From: Nannocystis bainbridge
GTDB taxonomy: Bacteria > Myxococcota_A > Polyangia > Nannocystales > Nannocystaceae
DNA: 64,000 nucleotides
Assembly: GCF_028368995.1 (NCBI RefSeq)
Contig: NZ_JAQNDL010000002.1
Coordinates: forward strand, 1,536,001-1,600,000
Reading direction: 5' to 3'
The position numbers and the translations under genes are program-made. Below, piece after piece: positions 9,006 to 17,964 of the stretch. Within the stretch, counting starts at the first letter, position 1; each line of letters begins with the position of its first letter. The notes under the pieces are model-generated. The model saw only the letters and a program-made list of their open reading frames with translations. It was not told where the DNA came from and searched no databases.

Positions 9006-9251
9006 CTACCGCTCGGAGTCGTCCGGGGCAGCGAGGCCGAGCTCGCGGAGATGGGCCTCGGCCGCGGCGACGAGAACGTCGAGCGGGACGCGGGCCCGGC
9101 CGTGGTGGGCGGCGTACCAGGGGTGCGGGGGGTAGCTGCACACCAGACAGGTGCCGTCGTCGTCGGCGATGGCGGCGGGGGCCTCGGGGTTACGGCTGGT
9201 GCCTCGGCAAACGGGGCACGGGACCAGGACGGTGGAAGGTAGGGGGCTCAC
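9006..9251 (-). CDS. Small Zn-finger-like protein
   Basis: CPVC...CLVC in an 81-aa ORF. Confidence 0.45.
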   Translation of the reverse strand: MSPLPSTVLVPCPVCRGTSRNPEAPAAIADDDGTCLVCSYPPHPWYAAHHGRARVPLDVLVAAAEAHLRELGLAAPDDSER

Positions 9252-9302
9252 ATCCCTAGGTTAGCGGCGTGTCCTGTAGCGCCTTCGGCGCGCCGAATAT
9301 CG

Positions 9303-9548
9303 GTGGGCGCTGGCGTCTACCTCAGCGAGGTGGGAGTGATGCGCGTGCGGTACCGGGGAAGCGGGGCGCAATGGGGCGACGGGGGAGAATTCCACGGCTG
9401 GCAGGTCTGGCGCCCAGGGGAGCAGTTTTGGAGGGCGCCGCGAGCGGACGACGAACGGGCAGCGCTGCGGCGCTGCTTGGCGCTGGCGTCCCCGGCGGCC
9501 TTCCGCGGGCCTCGCGGGGCCGAGGTCGACGTCGAGCCAGCGCCGTGA
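9303..9548 (+). CDS. Hypothetical protein
   Basis: 81-aa ORF with aromatic-rich, protein-like composition directly before the large gene. Confidence 0.45.
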   Translation: MGAGVYLSEVGVMRVRYRGSGAQWGDGGEFHGWQVWRPGEQFWRAPRADDERAALRRCLALASPAAFRGPRGAEVDVEPAP

Positions 9549-9587
9549 GCCGCTGGGCGGTGGCCGGCTTATCGGCGAGGTGCATCC

Positions 9588-12500
9588 ATGGCCGACCAGA
9601 TCGACCGGATCATCGCCTCGGCGCGCGACGCGGCCCTCGACATCCGCAAGAGCTACACCGCCAACGACGCGCTGGCTCTCCTCGGGATCCGAGCGGCAAG
9701 CGACCGTGACGCCGAGTCGCTGTGGAGCGCCGTCTACGACGCCACGCGGATCTGGTTGAACGACAGGCCGAACGCCACCCGCGGGTCGCCCGCTTGGGAC
9801 GACCTCCGACGCGCAGCCCGCGAGGCGGCGCGGGCCGGGGAGCCGAGGACCGACGAGGCCGCGCGCGCCGCGGCCGAGCGCTTCAAGTTGAAGGGTCGCG
9901 CGCCCCTGCGCCTGTGGTTCGCGGCGTATCGCGCCGAAGAGCAGGAGCGGAGGCTGCGGGCGAGGCCGGAGCGGATAGCCGAGGAGGCGAGCGCGCTCGC
10001 CGACGACGCGGTCGAACGCGCCGCGCAGCTGGGGCGCGACTGGGCAGCCGAGGAGCGCGAGCGCCGGCTCGCCCGCTATCAGCGATGGCTCGAGGCGCTC
10101 ACGCCGTTGGAGCTGATCGACTTCGTGACGCTGCTCGGGCGGAGCCCAGCGGCGGCGCGGAGCAAGGTCGGCGTCGTGGTGCCCGAGGGCGGCTCGTGGA
10201 TCTTGGACGAGGCCGTCCGCGCCGAGTATGCGCGCCGACGCGTTGGGTTCCCCGGATCGCCGGAGTCCCGCCACGCTCTGCTCGCACAAGACCCCAGGCG
10301 CAAGGGCGTTGTTCTCTCGCCCGAGAAGCGGGCCGCGCTCGCCGAGGCGGAGGTCTTGCGCCGCCGGATCGACGAACTCCGCACGCGCGTGCAACGGGCA
10401 CCGATGCCGGGCGGCCCGGGGCTGATGTTCGATCCGGCCGGAGCGCTCGCCGGCTATGCCGAAGAGTTGCCGGACGAGGTCATGGCCTACGGCCATCGCA
10501 CGTCCGAGGACTTGCGCGACCTCGTCGCGCAAGTCACCGAGGATGTCGACGACATCGAGCGGCGGTATGCCAAGCCCGCACCGACACCACCGCCGACTGC
10601 CCGGATCGAACCGCCAGCACCAGCGAACGAGCCTGCCGAGGCCGCCCTGCTCGACAAGCCGATCCTCGTGCCGGGCGAAGCGTGGCGGTACGAGGAAGGC
10701 GCCGACGGCTGGGATACGCCCTGGCGGCCGGTGACGCTGCGGCCAGGCGAAGGCGACGGCGCCCTCTATCAGGGGCTTACCAGCGTTAGCGGCGGAGGCG
10801 AAGGGCCCAAGGGCAGCTTCCACCTGTTCGAGTGGCCAGACGGCCAGCGGGCAGCGCAACGGGCCGGCATGAGCCCGCCGAGCCGGGACTACCGCGATCG
10901 CTCGTGGCGGGTCGCGCAGCGCAAGGAGAAGAACGTGGCAAAAGAGGGTTTCTCGCTCGATGTGCAGGACGGCCGGCGCCGCCGCGGCGCCGAACAACCG
11001 GGGTTGCAAGGGCTCGACGTGCCGGTCGACACGCGCGACCTGTACGAGCGGAAGGTGCGCGGGATGGCGGCCAAGGCGGGGCAGCGGCTGGGGATCAAGG
11101 GGTACAACGAACGCATGCGGGCCGCCGGGCTGCCGCCGGTGCGTACCCAGGGCGACGCCGAACGCGAGCAGCCCGCGCCCGCCGCTCCAACGCTAGCGAC
11201 ACCTGCGATACCTGCGACACCTGCGACACCGGCGATCGCGTCGAGAGGAAAGCGCGGGGCGAAGAAGCCGACCCCCGCGAGCGAGGCCGCGGCCAAGGCG
11301 AAGACCGCCCCGATGCCCGCGACGGCGTCGACGGCGTCGACGGCATCGAGGGGGAAGCGAGGGGCGAAGAAGCCGACGACACCGCCCGCGCTCAAGCCGA
11401 CGCCCGCGAGGGCGAAGCGGGCTCCGAAGCTACGGGCGGAGGTGGTGGCGGCCATGCCTGCCCTGCTAGCTCAGGAGGACGCCGCCGCGTTCGGGCCGGT
11501 CGACTGGTCGGGGGTGGGGATCACCGATCGCGTACGGGAGCACGCGGTGAAAATCGGGTTCGCGCACCTGGTCGACGACCCGCACCACTTCGGGCCCCGC
11601 TACCAAAGCACCCCGCTCGGGCGCGAGGCTGTGGGAGCGGGCCGGGGCGTCGAGGTCACGGCTTGCTGCGGCAACTGTGCCAGCGGCGCGGCGTGTTCGC
11701 TGGAGACCCCCTCCTCTGCCCCGGCCGCCGGGCAGGCCGCGAAGAAGAAGACCGCGAAGAAGAAGGCCGCGAAGAAGAAGACCGCGAAGAAGAAGGCCGC
11801 GAAGAAGAAGACCGCGAAGAAGTTGCCCAGGCCCGCCGCGACGAGGTCTGCGGGCGATGCGTGCCCGAGGAAGCCCGGCGCGATCGGGCGGCTCGTGGAC
11901 CGCTACACGCGGATCCTGCTGCGTCGTTCGAGCGCCCTCAAGACGCGGCAGGCGAACCGGCGCGACACCCTGGTCGCCAAACAACAGGCACGCGAGCGCG
12001 ACCTGGCGGGCCGGCAGACCGGCGGGCCAGCGACCCGGGCGAAAGCCGAGCGGCGCCTGAAGGTCGCGGAGAGGAAGCACGCGCAGCAGCGGCGCGCGCT
12101 CGAAGCACGTGACCGCGCCGAGCTCGACGCGCTCAAGGCCGGGGTGGAATGCCAAGTCCTCGGCAAAGCTCGCGTCGCGAACATCGTCCGACAGGGATGC
12201 GAGGACCTGTGCACGCTGAACATCGACGGGGGCATCGGCGGGGACAAGACCGCCGTCGCCCTCCCCTCCTCGCGCAGCGCGCCGCGGACGTTGCCCGCGC
12301 GATACGTCCTGGTGTCGGCCGCGTCTCTGATCGCCAGCCACGACCCGATCACCTTCGACCCCCGCGCTGATTACCCGAGCAAGGTGCAAGAACGACGCTA
12401 CGACCGCGACAATCTGGAAAAGGGGAAGGTGATCCAGGTCGCGCAGAACATGATCCCTGCCCTCCTGCAGAACACCGACATCGGCGCAGCCAACGGTACG

Positions 12501-13430
12501 CCGGTGGTGACGCCGAGGCGTCTCGTGCTCAGCGGCAACGGGCGCACCATGGGGACCCAGCGGCACTATCTGAGCGGCCGCCGCGTGCTGGCGGACTGGC
12601 TCGAACGCCACGCGGCGCAGTTCGGGATCGATCCCCGGGCCGTGAAGGCGATCAAGGACCCGATCGTCGTCCGCGTGATCGATGTGCCGCAAGCGGATTT
12701 CGGTCGGCTCGTGCGCGACGCCAACGTCTCGCTGACTCAGAGCATGGCCGCCGATGTCGAGGCGGCCGCGCTCGCGCGGCAGCTGCCCGCCGACGTGCCG
12801 CGCCTGCTCCGTGACGGAGGGGCCGACGACGGGCTCGCCGAGTATCTCGGCAGTCGGGCCAGCCTCCCCCTGGTCGGGGCGCTCGAACGTAGCGGCTATC
12901 TCACCAGCTCGAACCGCGGGCGCCTGCTCGGCGCGGACGGACTCTTGAGCAGCGACGGTCGCGCGGACCTCGAGCGAATGCTCGTCGCGGCGGTGCTGCC
13001 CGTCGAGGTCGTCGAGCGGTCGCCCGAGCTCGCCAAGGCCCTCGATCGCTCCGCGGTCTCATGGCTCGCAGCGGCCGGGGCGGGTCCGGATTGGGACGTG
13101 CGCGCCGACCTGGCCGCCGCCGCGGAGGACTATCTCTCCCTCCGCTCGAGCCGCTCCTGCCTCGCACAGTGGCAAGAGCAGGGGGCGCTAGTGCAGCGCG
13201 CGACCGAGGGGCGGCCCATGGCCCGGGCGATGTTAGAAGTCCTCGACCTGGCCGCGGCCCGGCCCGTGGTGTTCGGCCGGATCGCGCAAGCGTTCGCCGC
13301 GGCCAGCCGTGAGGGCGGCGGCTTGTTCGCCAGCGTCGACCCGCTCGAAGCGCTCAAGGCCGCCGCAGCCGCGAACAACGCACCGACCGAACGCGCGTCG
13401 TCGCGGCGGCGCTGCCGAAAGGCTGCGTGA
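9588..13430 (+). CDS. Large polyvalent protein with C-terminal DdrB-like ParB domain and histone H1-like repeats
   Basis: ARYVLVSAASLIASHD..YP..Q.R.YDR..GTPVV..VLSGNGRTM resembles the ddrB-ParB domain; AKKK repeats; ACCGNCASGAAC motif. Confidence 0.75.
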   Translation: MADQIDRIIASARDAALDIRKSYTANDALALLGIRAASDRDAESLWSAVYDATRIWLNDRPNATRGSPAWDDLRRAAREAARAGEPRTDEAARAAAERFKLKGRAPLRLWFAAYRAEEQERRLRARPERIAEEASALADDAVERAAQLGRDWAAEERERRLARYQRWLEALTPLELIDFVTLLGRSPAAARSKVGVVVPEGGSWILDEAVRAEYARRRVGFPGSPESRHALLAQDPRRKGVVLSPEKRAALAEAEVLRRRIDELRTRVQRAPMPGGPGLMFDPAGALAGYAEELPDEVMAYGHRTSEDLRDLVAQVTEDVDDIERRYAKPAPTPPPTARIEPPAPANEPAEAALLDKPILVPGEAWRYEEGADGWDTPWRPVTLRPGEGDGALYQGLTSVSGGGEGPKGSFHLFEWPDGQRAAQRAGMSPPSRDYRDRSWRVAQRKEKNVAKEGFSLDVQDGRRRRGAEQPGLQGLDVPVDTRDLYERKVRGMAAKAGQRLGIKGYNERMRAAGLPPVRTQGDAEREQPAPAAPTLATPAIPATPATPAIASRGKRGAKKPTPASEAAAKAKTAPMPATASTASTASRGKRGAKKPTTPPALKPTPARAKRAPKLRAEVVAAMPALLAQEDAAAFGPVDWSGVGITDRVREHAVKIGFAHLVDDPHHFGPRYQSTPLGREAVGAGRGVEVTACCGNCASGAACSLETPSSAPAAGQAAKKKTAKKKAAKKKTAKKKAAKKKTAKKLPRPAATRSAGDACPRKPGAIGRLVDRYTRILLRRSSALKTRQANRRDTLVAKQQARERDLAGRQTGGPATRAKAERRLKVAERKHAQQRRALEARDRAELDALKAGVECQVLGKARVANIVRQGCEDLCTLNIDGGIGGDKTAVALPSSRSAPRTLPARYVLVSAASLIASHDPITFDPRADYPSKVQERRYDRDNLEKGKVIQVAQNMIPALLQNTDIGAANGTPVVTPRRLVLSGNGRTMGTQRHYLSGRRVLADWLERHAAQFGIDPRAVKAIKDPIVVRVIDVPQADFGRLVRDANVSLTQSMAADVEAAALARQLPADVPRLLRDGGADDGLAEYLGSRASLPLVGALERSGYLTSSNRGRLLGADGLLSSDGRADLERMLVAAVLPVEVVERSPELAKALDRSAVSWLAAAGAGPDWDVRADLAAAAEDYLSLRSSRSCLAQWQEQGALVQRATEGRPMARAMLEVLDLAAARPVVFGRIAQAFAAASREGGGLFASVDPLEALKAAAAANNAPTERASSRRRCRKAA
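11737..11822 (+). repeat. 15-bp tandem repeat encoding (A/T)AKKK
   Basis: About six (g/a)ccgcgaagaagaag units. Confidence 0.9.
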
Positions 13431-13479
13431 GCATGGTCGGGTGAGTGGGCGCGCGAGTAGCGAGCGGCGAGGGAGGTTC

Positions 13480-13917
13480 ATGCGTCCCTGCCGCAAACTC
13501 ATCCCTTCCGCCGTCACGCTCGCCGGCCTGGGCGCTGGCCTCGCCGGCGCCTGGCTCATCGCTCACGGCCAGCCCGTCGCCGCGCTGTTCGTGCTCGGGC
13601 TCGGGCAGATCTTCGACCTCCTCGACGGGTGGCTCGCGCGCCGGTTCGGCGCCGTGAGCGACATCGGGGCCCGGCTGGACTGGTCGTGCGACTGCGCAGT
13701 CGCCGTCGCTGTTTACGTCGCGCTCGGGTGCTGGGCCGGCGTCGTCCTCGCCGCGCTCCTGCAAGCGCTCACCTGGAGCGGGGTCACCAGCTCGCCCTCG
13801 CGGATCTCGGGCCGCTCCGGTGCCGTCGTCCTCGCACTCGCGTTCGTGGCGCTCGGCCTGGTGCCCGCGTCCGGCCCCCTCGACTTCTCGCTGCGCTGCA
13901 GCCTGGGGGCCCCGTGA
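13480..13917 (+). CDS. CDP-alcohol phosphatidyltransferase family protein
   Basis: DLLDGWLARRFGAVSDIGARLDWSCD fits DxxDGxxAR-x7/8-GxxxDxxxD; multi-TM; GGAGG RBS. Confidence 0.85.
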   Translation: MRPCRKLIPSAVTLAGLGAGLAGAWLIAHGQPVAALFVLGLGQIFDLLDGWLARRFGAVSDIGARLDWSCDCAVAVAVYVALGCWAGVVLAALLQALTWSGVTSSPSRISGRSGAVVLALAFVALGLVPASGPLDFSLRCSLGAP

Positions 13918-14042
13918 GCGACGGTGAAGGGCCGATCGAAGCCGCGGGCCTGATGCTCATCACGGCCGCGTCGGTAGCGACGCTGATCGTCTTGGCGGTC
14001 TTATACGCGTACGCGTACGCGGCCTGTGCGCCGTGTACGTAA
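13914..14042 (+). CDS. Small single-TM protein
   Basis: GTGA overlap; LMLITAASVATLIVLAVLYAYAY. Confidence 0.5.
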   Translation: MSDGEGPIEAAGLMLITAASVATLIVLAVLYAYAYAACAPCT

Positions 14043-14155
14043 TCCCGTCGCCGGTCCGGGTCCCGCTTGCGCCGGTCGCCGTCCTACTGGCGCTTGCGGC
14101 GTTCGGCGGCGTGTTCGCGCTTGATCAGCCGGCGCTGTCGACAGACGATCCGGGC

Positions 14156-14536
14156 ATGCGTCACCACCAGCTGGCCGCCGCCGCGTTCCTGCTCCTGCCG
14201 TCCTGCAACGACACGCCCCAGGAGGCTGCGCCGGGCTCCGCACAGGAGGGCGAAGCGTGCGACGACCAGGTGCCCCCCGAAAAACAGCTCTGCGGCGCTG
14301 GCCTCGTCTGTTACAGCGTCGGCGCGCTCGACTTCCAAGGCTATTGCGCGCCCGCCTGCCCAGCGACCGGCTGCGACCCGGTAGAGGGCCTGTCAACTGT
14401 CTGCGACGCCGGCGCCTGCGTTCTGCAGTGCGAAGGGCCCGAAGCCCCCTGCCCGGCCGTATACGACGTCGCGCTGTTCTGCTTCGGCTCTACCTGCTCG
14501 CTCGACATGAGCGAGGACAACCCGACGGCGAGTTAG
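14156..14536 (+). CDS. Cys-rich putative lipoprotein
   Basis: Hydrophobic signal ending LLPSC; many Cys; start may be 14033. Confidence 0.6.
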   Translation: MRHHQLAAAAFLLLPSCNDTPQEAAPGSAQEGEACDDQVPPEKQLCGAGLVCYSVGALDFQGYCAPACPATGCDPVEGLSTVCDAGACVLQCEGPEAPCPAVYDVALFCFGSTCSLDMSEDNPTAS

Positions 14537-14570
14537 TGGGCGCTGGGCCGCTCGGCGGCGAGGTGAAGGG

Positions 14571-16577
14571 GTGAAACTCGACCCCGGATCGATGCTTCTG
14601 GAAGCCTGCCCGGAGCGCTTCGAGTCGTTCTTCCCGACCGAGGACATCGCCTTCGATAGTCAGTTGACGGCGCTCCTGGAGGTGGCCGGCGGGCAAGACG
14701 CGTTTGCGACGATCGGGCAGGAGCTTCTCGCGCGAGCGGGCGCGCTCGCGTGGCGCGACGCCCAGGCGCTCATCAACCGAGCGAAGGCAACTGTCCTCGG
14801 GGACATCCCGCAGGACTGGATGCCCGCCGTCGCGTGGATGCAGCAGAGCGGCGTGGACCGGATCGCTCGCGGGCTTTGGGCGGCTGTCGCGTTCCCGAGC
14901 TCGGAGAATACGACGGCGCTCGTCGACGCGGCGATCGGCGTCGGGCTCGACATGGCGACCCGCGCCCTCGGGGCCGTGCCGATCGTGGGGATCATCGCTC
15001 AGGCCGCGGTGGCGTTCGGGCGGGCGCTCTTCCGGGCGTGGACTGACAAGGACGTAACGCCCGCGGAGCGTCGCTATCAACTGCCGTGGGCCCGCTACAT
15101 GCGAGGCAACGACGAGGAGATCGTCCAGAAGTTCCTGATCGATATCTACGGCGAGCGCGTCGACTGGACCCCGATCTGGGCGCCCCCGACCGAGGTGGAT
15201 GTGCCGTGGGTGCTCGCTGACGGCGTCGACCAGGGCAAGGTGATCGGCAAGATGTTCGCGCCGCTCAAGAAGGGCGAGGTCGCTTGGAACGGCTCGGGGC
15301 TCGGGGCAGTGCCAAACACCCTGCGCGTCGTCGGCTTGATTCAGAGTCGCCCTGCCCCCCCCCACGCGCCTAAGCTGCTCCGCTTCTGGAATCACGGGGG
15401 CGTCATGCAGTGGGGCCCCAGCCTCACGCAGACCGGAGATTTTCGGCCCGCGCAGTCCCAGGCATCCGGCCAGCTGTGGCAGCAGGCCGCGGCCGTCGGT
15501 AACCCGGACATGTACAAGATCGACGCGAAGAGCCTGGAGACCAGTTGGAAAGACTGGTTTGACGGGTTCTTCGCGTCGGTGTGGAAGCTTGCCGAGGGCG
15601 ACGAATGGCTGGGCGACCTCGCCGCGCCGTACATCGTGAGCGAGCGCTTCGGGCAGCTGCGGCTCGGGATGTCCTGGCGTGCGCGCCCCCAGCCGGCGCC
15701 GCTCGTGTGGCCGGGCATCGTCACTGAGGGGCCGGCGCGGCCGAGCGCCCGGAACATCTGCCTATGGGCGGAGGAGGATGTCCCAAAGGACATCCGCGCT
15801 GGCGAGTCGTCCGATACGTTCTGGTGGCCCTGGAGGTCCGAGCCCGAGCAGACGCTCATCGGCCAAGACTACAAGATCGTTGACGGCCACCTCGCGTCAA
15901 GCGGCCCCGTGCGGTTGCCGAACCAGCTCCCGAAAGGGTGGCGCTGCCACGGGTGGCCCTCGGGTGAAGAACTCCTTACGCCCTATCACTGGCCCTACGA
16001 GTCGATCGTGGGCCCCGCGCTCGCGCACCTGCGGAAGCTGCAGCGCGAGTGCCTGTTCCGTACGTTCGTCGCCGCGTACGTGCGGCCGCTCGATCTGCCC
16101 GGCAGGCCGCGCCATGGGGCGTTCAAGGATAAGGATCTGCAGGCGCGGTGCATCGAGGCCCGGGCCGCGTTGCTCAAGTCGCCGCAGCGGTTCCTGGTCA
16201 GCTACACCGACGCCAAGCTGGCCGATCCGGAGTACGCCGAGCTCTTGGCGGCTGCCGGTGTGCCGACAACGGAGGTCGCTCGCCAGGCCGCGCTGCGGCA
16301 ATTCGCAGCGAAGGGGGGCGCAGGCGGGGCCATCGATCCGAACCCCGCGCCGCTGCCTCCCCCGCTCGCGCCGCAGGGCGGGGTCGCTTTCGGCGCTGAC
16401 GAACCCGGCGGCGTCGAGCCGAACCAGCCGGGCCCAGGCCCAGGCGGCAAGGGCTCGGGCGGCTCGGGCGGCTCGGGCGGCGGCTCGGGCCGTTCGGGCG
16501 CCGCGGGCCTCTTGGTGGCCGCGCCGCTCGCCATGATGGTCTTGAACAAGATGGCCGCGCGTCGAAAGGGAGGGTGA
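14571..16577 (+). CDS. Large hypothetical protein with C-terminal TM anchor (putative virion/DNA-delivery protein)
   Basis: 668 aa; ALGAVPIVGIIAQAAV hydrophobic hairpin, Gly/Ser linker, C-terminal TM plus basic tail. Confidence 0.7.
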   Translation: MKLDPGSMLLEACPERFESFFPTEDIAFDSQLTALLEVAGGQDAFATIGQELLARAGALAWRDAQALINRAKATVLGDIPQDWMPAVAWMQQSGVDRIARGLWAAVAFPSSENTTALVDAAIGVGLDMATRALGAVPIVGIIAQAAVAFGRALFRAWTDKDVTPAERRYQLPWARYMRGNDEEIVQKFLIDIYGERVDWTPIWAPPTEVDVPWVLADGVDQGKVIGKMFAPLKKGEVAWNGSGLGAVPNTLRVVGLIQSRPAPPHAPKLLRFWNHGGVMQWGPSLTQTGDFRPAQSQASGQLWQQAAAVGNPDMYKIDAKSLETSWKDWFDGFFASVWKLAEGDEWLGDLAAPYIVSERFGQLRLGMSWRARPQPAPLVWPGIVTEGPARPSARNICLWAEEDVPKDIRAGESSDTFWWPWRSEPEQTLIGQDYKIVDGHLASSGPVRLPNQLPKGWRCHGWPSGEELLTPYHWPYESIVGPALAHLRKLQRECLFRTFVAAYVRPLDLPGRPRHGAFKDKDLQARCIEARAALLKSPQRFLVSYTDAKLADPEYAELLAAAGVPTTEVARQAALRQFAAKGGAGGAIDPNPAPLPPPLAPQGGVAFGADEPGGVEPNQPGPGPGGKGSGGSGGSGGGSGRSGAAGLLVAAPLAMMVLNKMAARRKGG

Positions 16578-16580
16578 CTC

Positions 16581-16727
16581 GTGTTCGACCTGGACCCCGG
16601 CCGTAGGCTCGCGGAGACCGTCCCACCAGCTCGGATGACCCCAGCGCGAGCCAGCCCCGCGGCCCTCGTGGCGCTCCTTTGCGGCGCCGTGGTGCTGGTC
16701 CGGCTGGTGCGGTCCGCCCGACGGTGA
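16581..16727 (+). CDS. Small C-terminal TM protein (48 aa)
   Basis: GGAGG RBS, GTG start; MFDLDPG...AALVALLCGAVVLVRLVRSARR; too short for the ORF track. Confidence 0.55.
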   Translation: MFDLDPGRRLAETVPPARMTPARASPAALVALLCGAVVLVRLVRSARR

Positions 16728-16992
16728 TCAGAGGCCAAACTCGGCGAGAGCCCGCTCGACGGCCTACCGCCGCCAGCTTTTGCGTTGGCGTCACCGACAG
16801 CCGCTGTGGCGGCGACGCAGACGCCGGCTCATGCCGACGGCCATAACGAGGTCCTCGATCAGCCCGACCTCGTCGAGCTCTTCGGGTTCGGAGGCGAACA
16901 GATGGAAGGCCACCCTCAGCAGGCGCCAGGTGCTGCGGAGGCGGTGGAAAACTGGGCTCTCGGGGCGCTGCCGCCCACGGCGATTGGTTGGT

Positions 16993-17295
16993 TCAGGCAC
17001 GACCGAGATACCGACCGGGCCCCCCTCTCGCGCCGTCGACCAGCGGCCTTCCGGGATATACCGACCGGGCCCCCCTTCGCGCCGATGACCAGCGGGCCCT
17101 CCGGTCACTTGGGGGGGCGGCCAGTCTGAGCTTGGTCATGCGGCGCCGCATTGCGTGCCGAGTGACCCCCAGCAATGCGGCGGCGCCGACGACAGAACCC
17201 GCACGCTTGAGCGCGAGCTCGCAGAGCCGGCGCTCGGCCGCCCGGAGGTTGAGATTGTCCAGTTGGATCGGTGCGGGCGGCGAGGTCTCGTCCAT
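16993..17295 (-). CDS. Stand-alone Fis-type HTH protein
   Basis: LNLRAAERRLCELALKRAGSVVGAAALLGVTRHAMRRRM. Confidence 0.7.
   Translation of the reverse strand: MDETSPPAPIQLDNLNLRAAERRLCELALKRAGSVVGAAALLGVTRHAMRRRMTKLRLAAPPSDRRARWSSARRGARSVYPGRPLVDGARGGPGRYLGRA
17008..17104. repeat. Imperfect tandem direct repeat with 50-bp period (2 copies)
   Basis: ataccgaccgggccccc...cgcgccg..gaccagcgg..ccgg at 17008 and 17058. Confidence 0.85.
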
Positions 17296-17329
17296 GCTCG
17301 GTGGACTCGGCCTCGCTGGCCGCCGATTC

Positions 17330-17803
17330 TCACTTGGGCCGGGGCTTCTCCAGCTCCAGCTTGACCATCAGGCGCCTCAGCGCGTGACGGGTGATGCCCA
17401 GGAGAGCCGCGGCGCCGACCAGCGAGCCCGCGCGCTCGAGGGCCTCCTGGCAGAGGCGACGCTCGGCGGCGCCGAGGTCGAAGCCGTCCAGCTCGACCCG
17501 GACCGGCTCAGGCTCAGGCGCGGGCTCGGCGGTCGCGTCGTCCAAGATCGGCGGCGAGGGAACGCCGAAGCCATGGCGCACGAGCTCGGCGATCGCCCCC
17601 AGCGAGGCCCCCTGTTCGAGTTGCGCGCGAATCCAGCGGGCGCGCTCGATAGCCCAAGGCGACCAGCGGTTGCGGTTGGCACCTCGGTCGCGGGGGTCGG
17701 GCATGAGCCCGAGCGCGACCCAGCAGTGCAGATCGGCGTCGTCGTCCGTCCTGGCTGCCTCGCGGATCTCGGTTTGAGTGGCGAAACTGGCAGAATGCTG
17801 CAC
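17330..17803 (-). CDS. MerR-like HTH fused to Fis-type HTH
   Basis: N-terminal WVALGLMPDP..RWSPWAIERARWI..LEQGASLGAI; C-terminal LGAAERRLCQEALERAGSLVGAAALLGITRHAL. Confidence 0.7.
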   Translation of the reverse strand: MQHSASFATQTEIREAARTDDDADLHCWVALGLMPDPRDRGANRNRWSPWAIERARWIRAQLEQGASLGAIAELVRHGFGVPSPPILDDATAEPAPEPEPVRVELDGFDLGAAERRLCQEALERAGSLVGAAALLGITRHALRRLMVKLELEKPRPK

Positions 17804-17964
17804 GAATGTGCAGTGCCACGGCGGCAGGATGGCGATCCAGCGCTGCGTCGGCGCGGAAGCTGTTCCCGCCCACGCGCCGGAGGCGCAAGGCGTGACATCG
17901 CGCAGCGCGACACGCGACCTTCGAGGATGACGCGGCGCGGCGTCCGCCCGTATCCTCGGGACCT

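Noticed and set aside
17008-17104. Direct repeat considered as a mini-CRISPR
   Set aside because: Only two near-contiguous imperfect copies, no spacer and no cas genes; no CRISPR array seen anywhere in the window
16785-17129. Overlapping ORFs on both strands (16785-17129 plus, 16791-17108 minus)
   Set aside because: No convincing start, RBS or motif; cannot tell which, if either, is real
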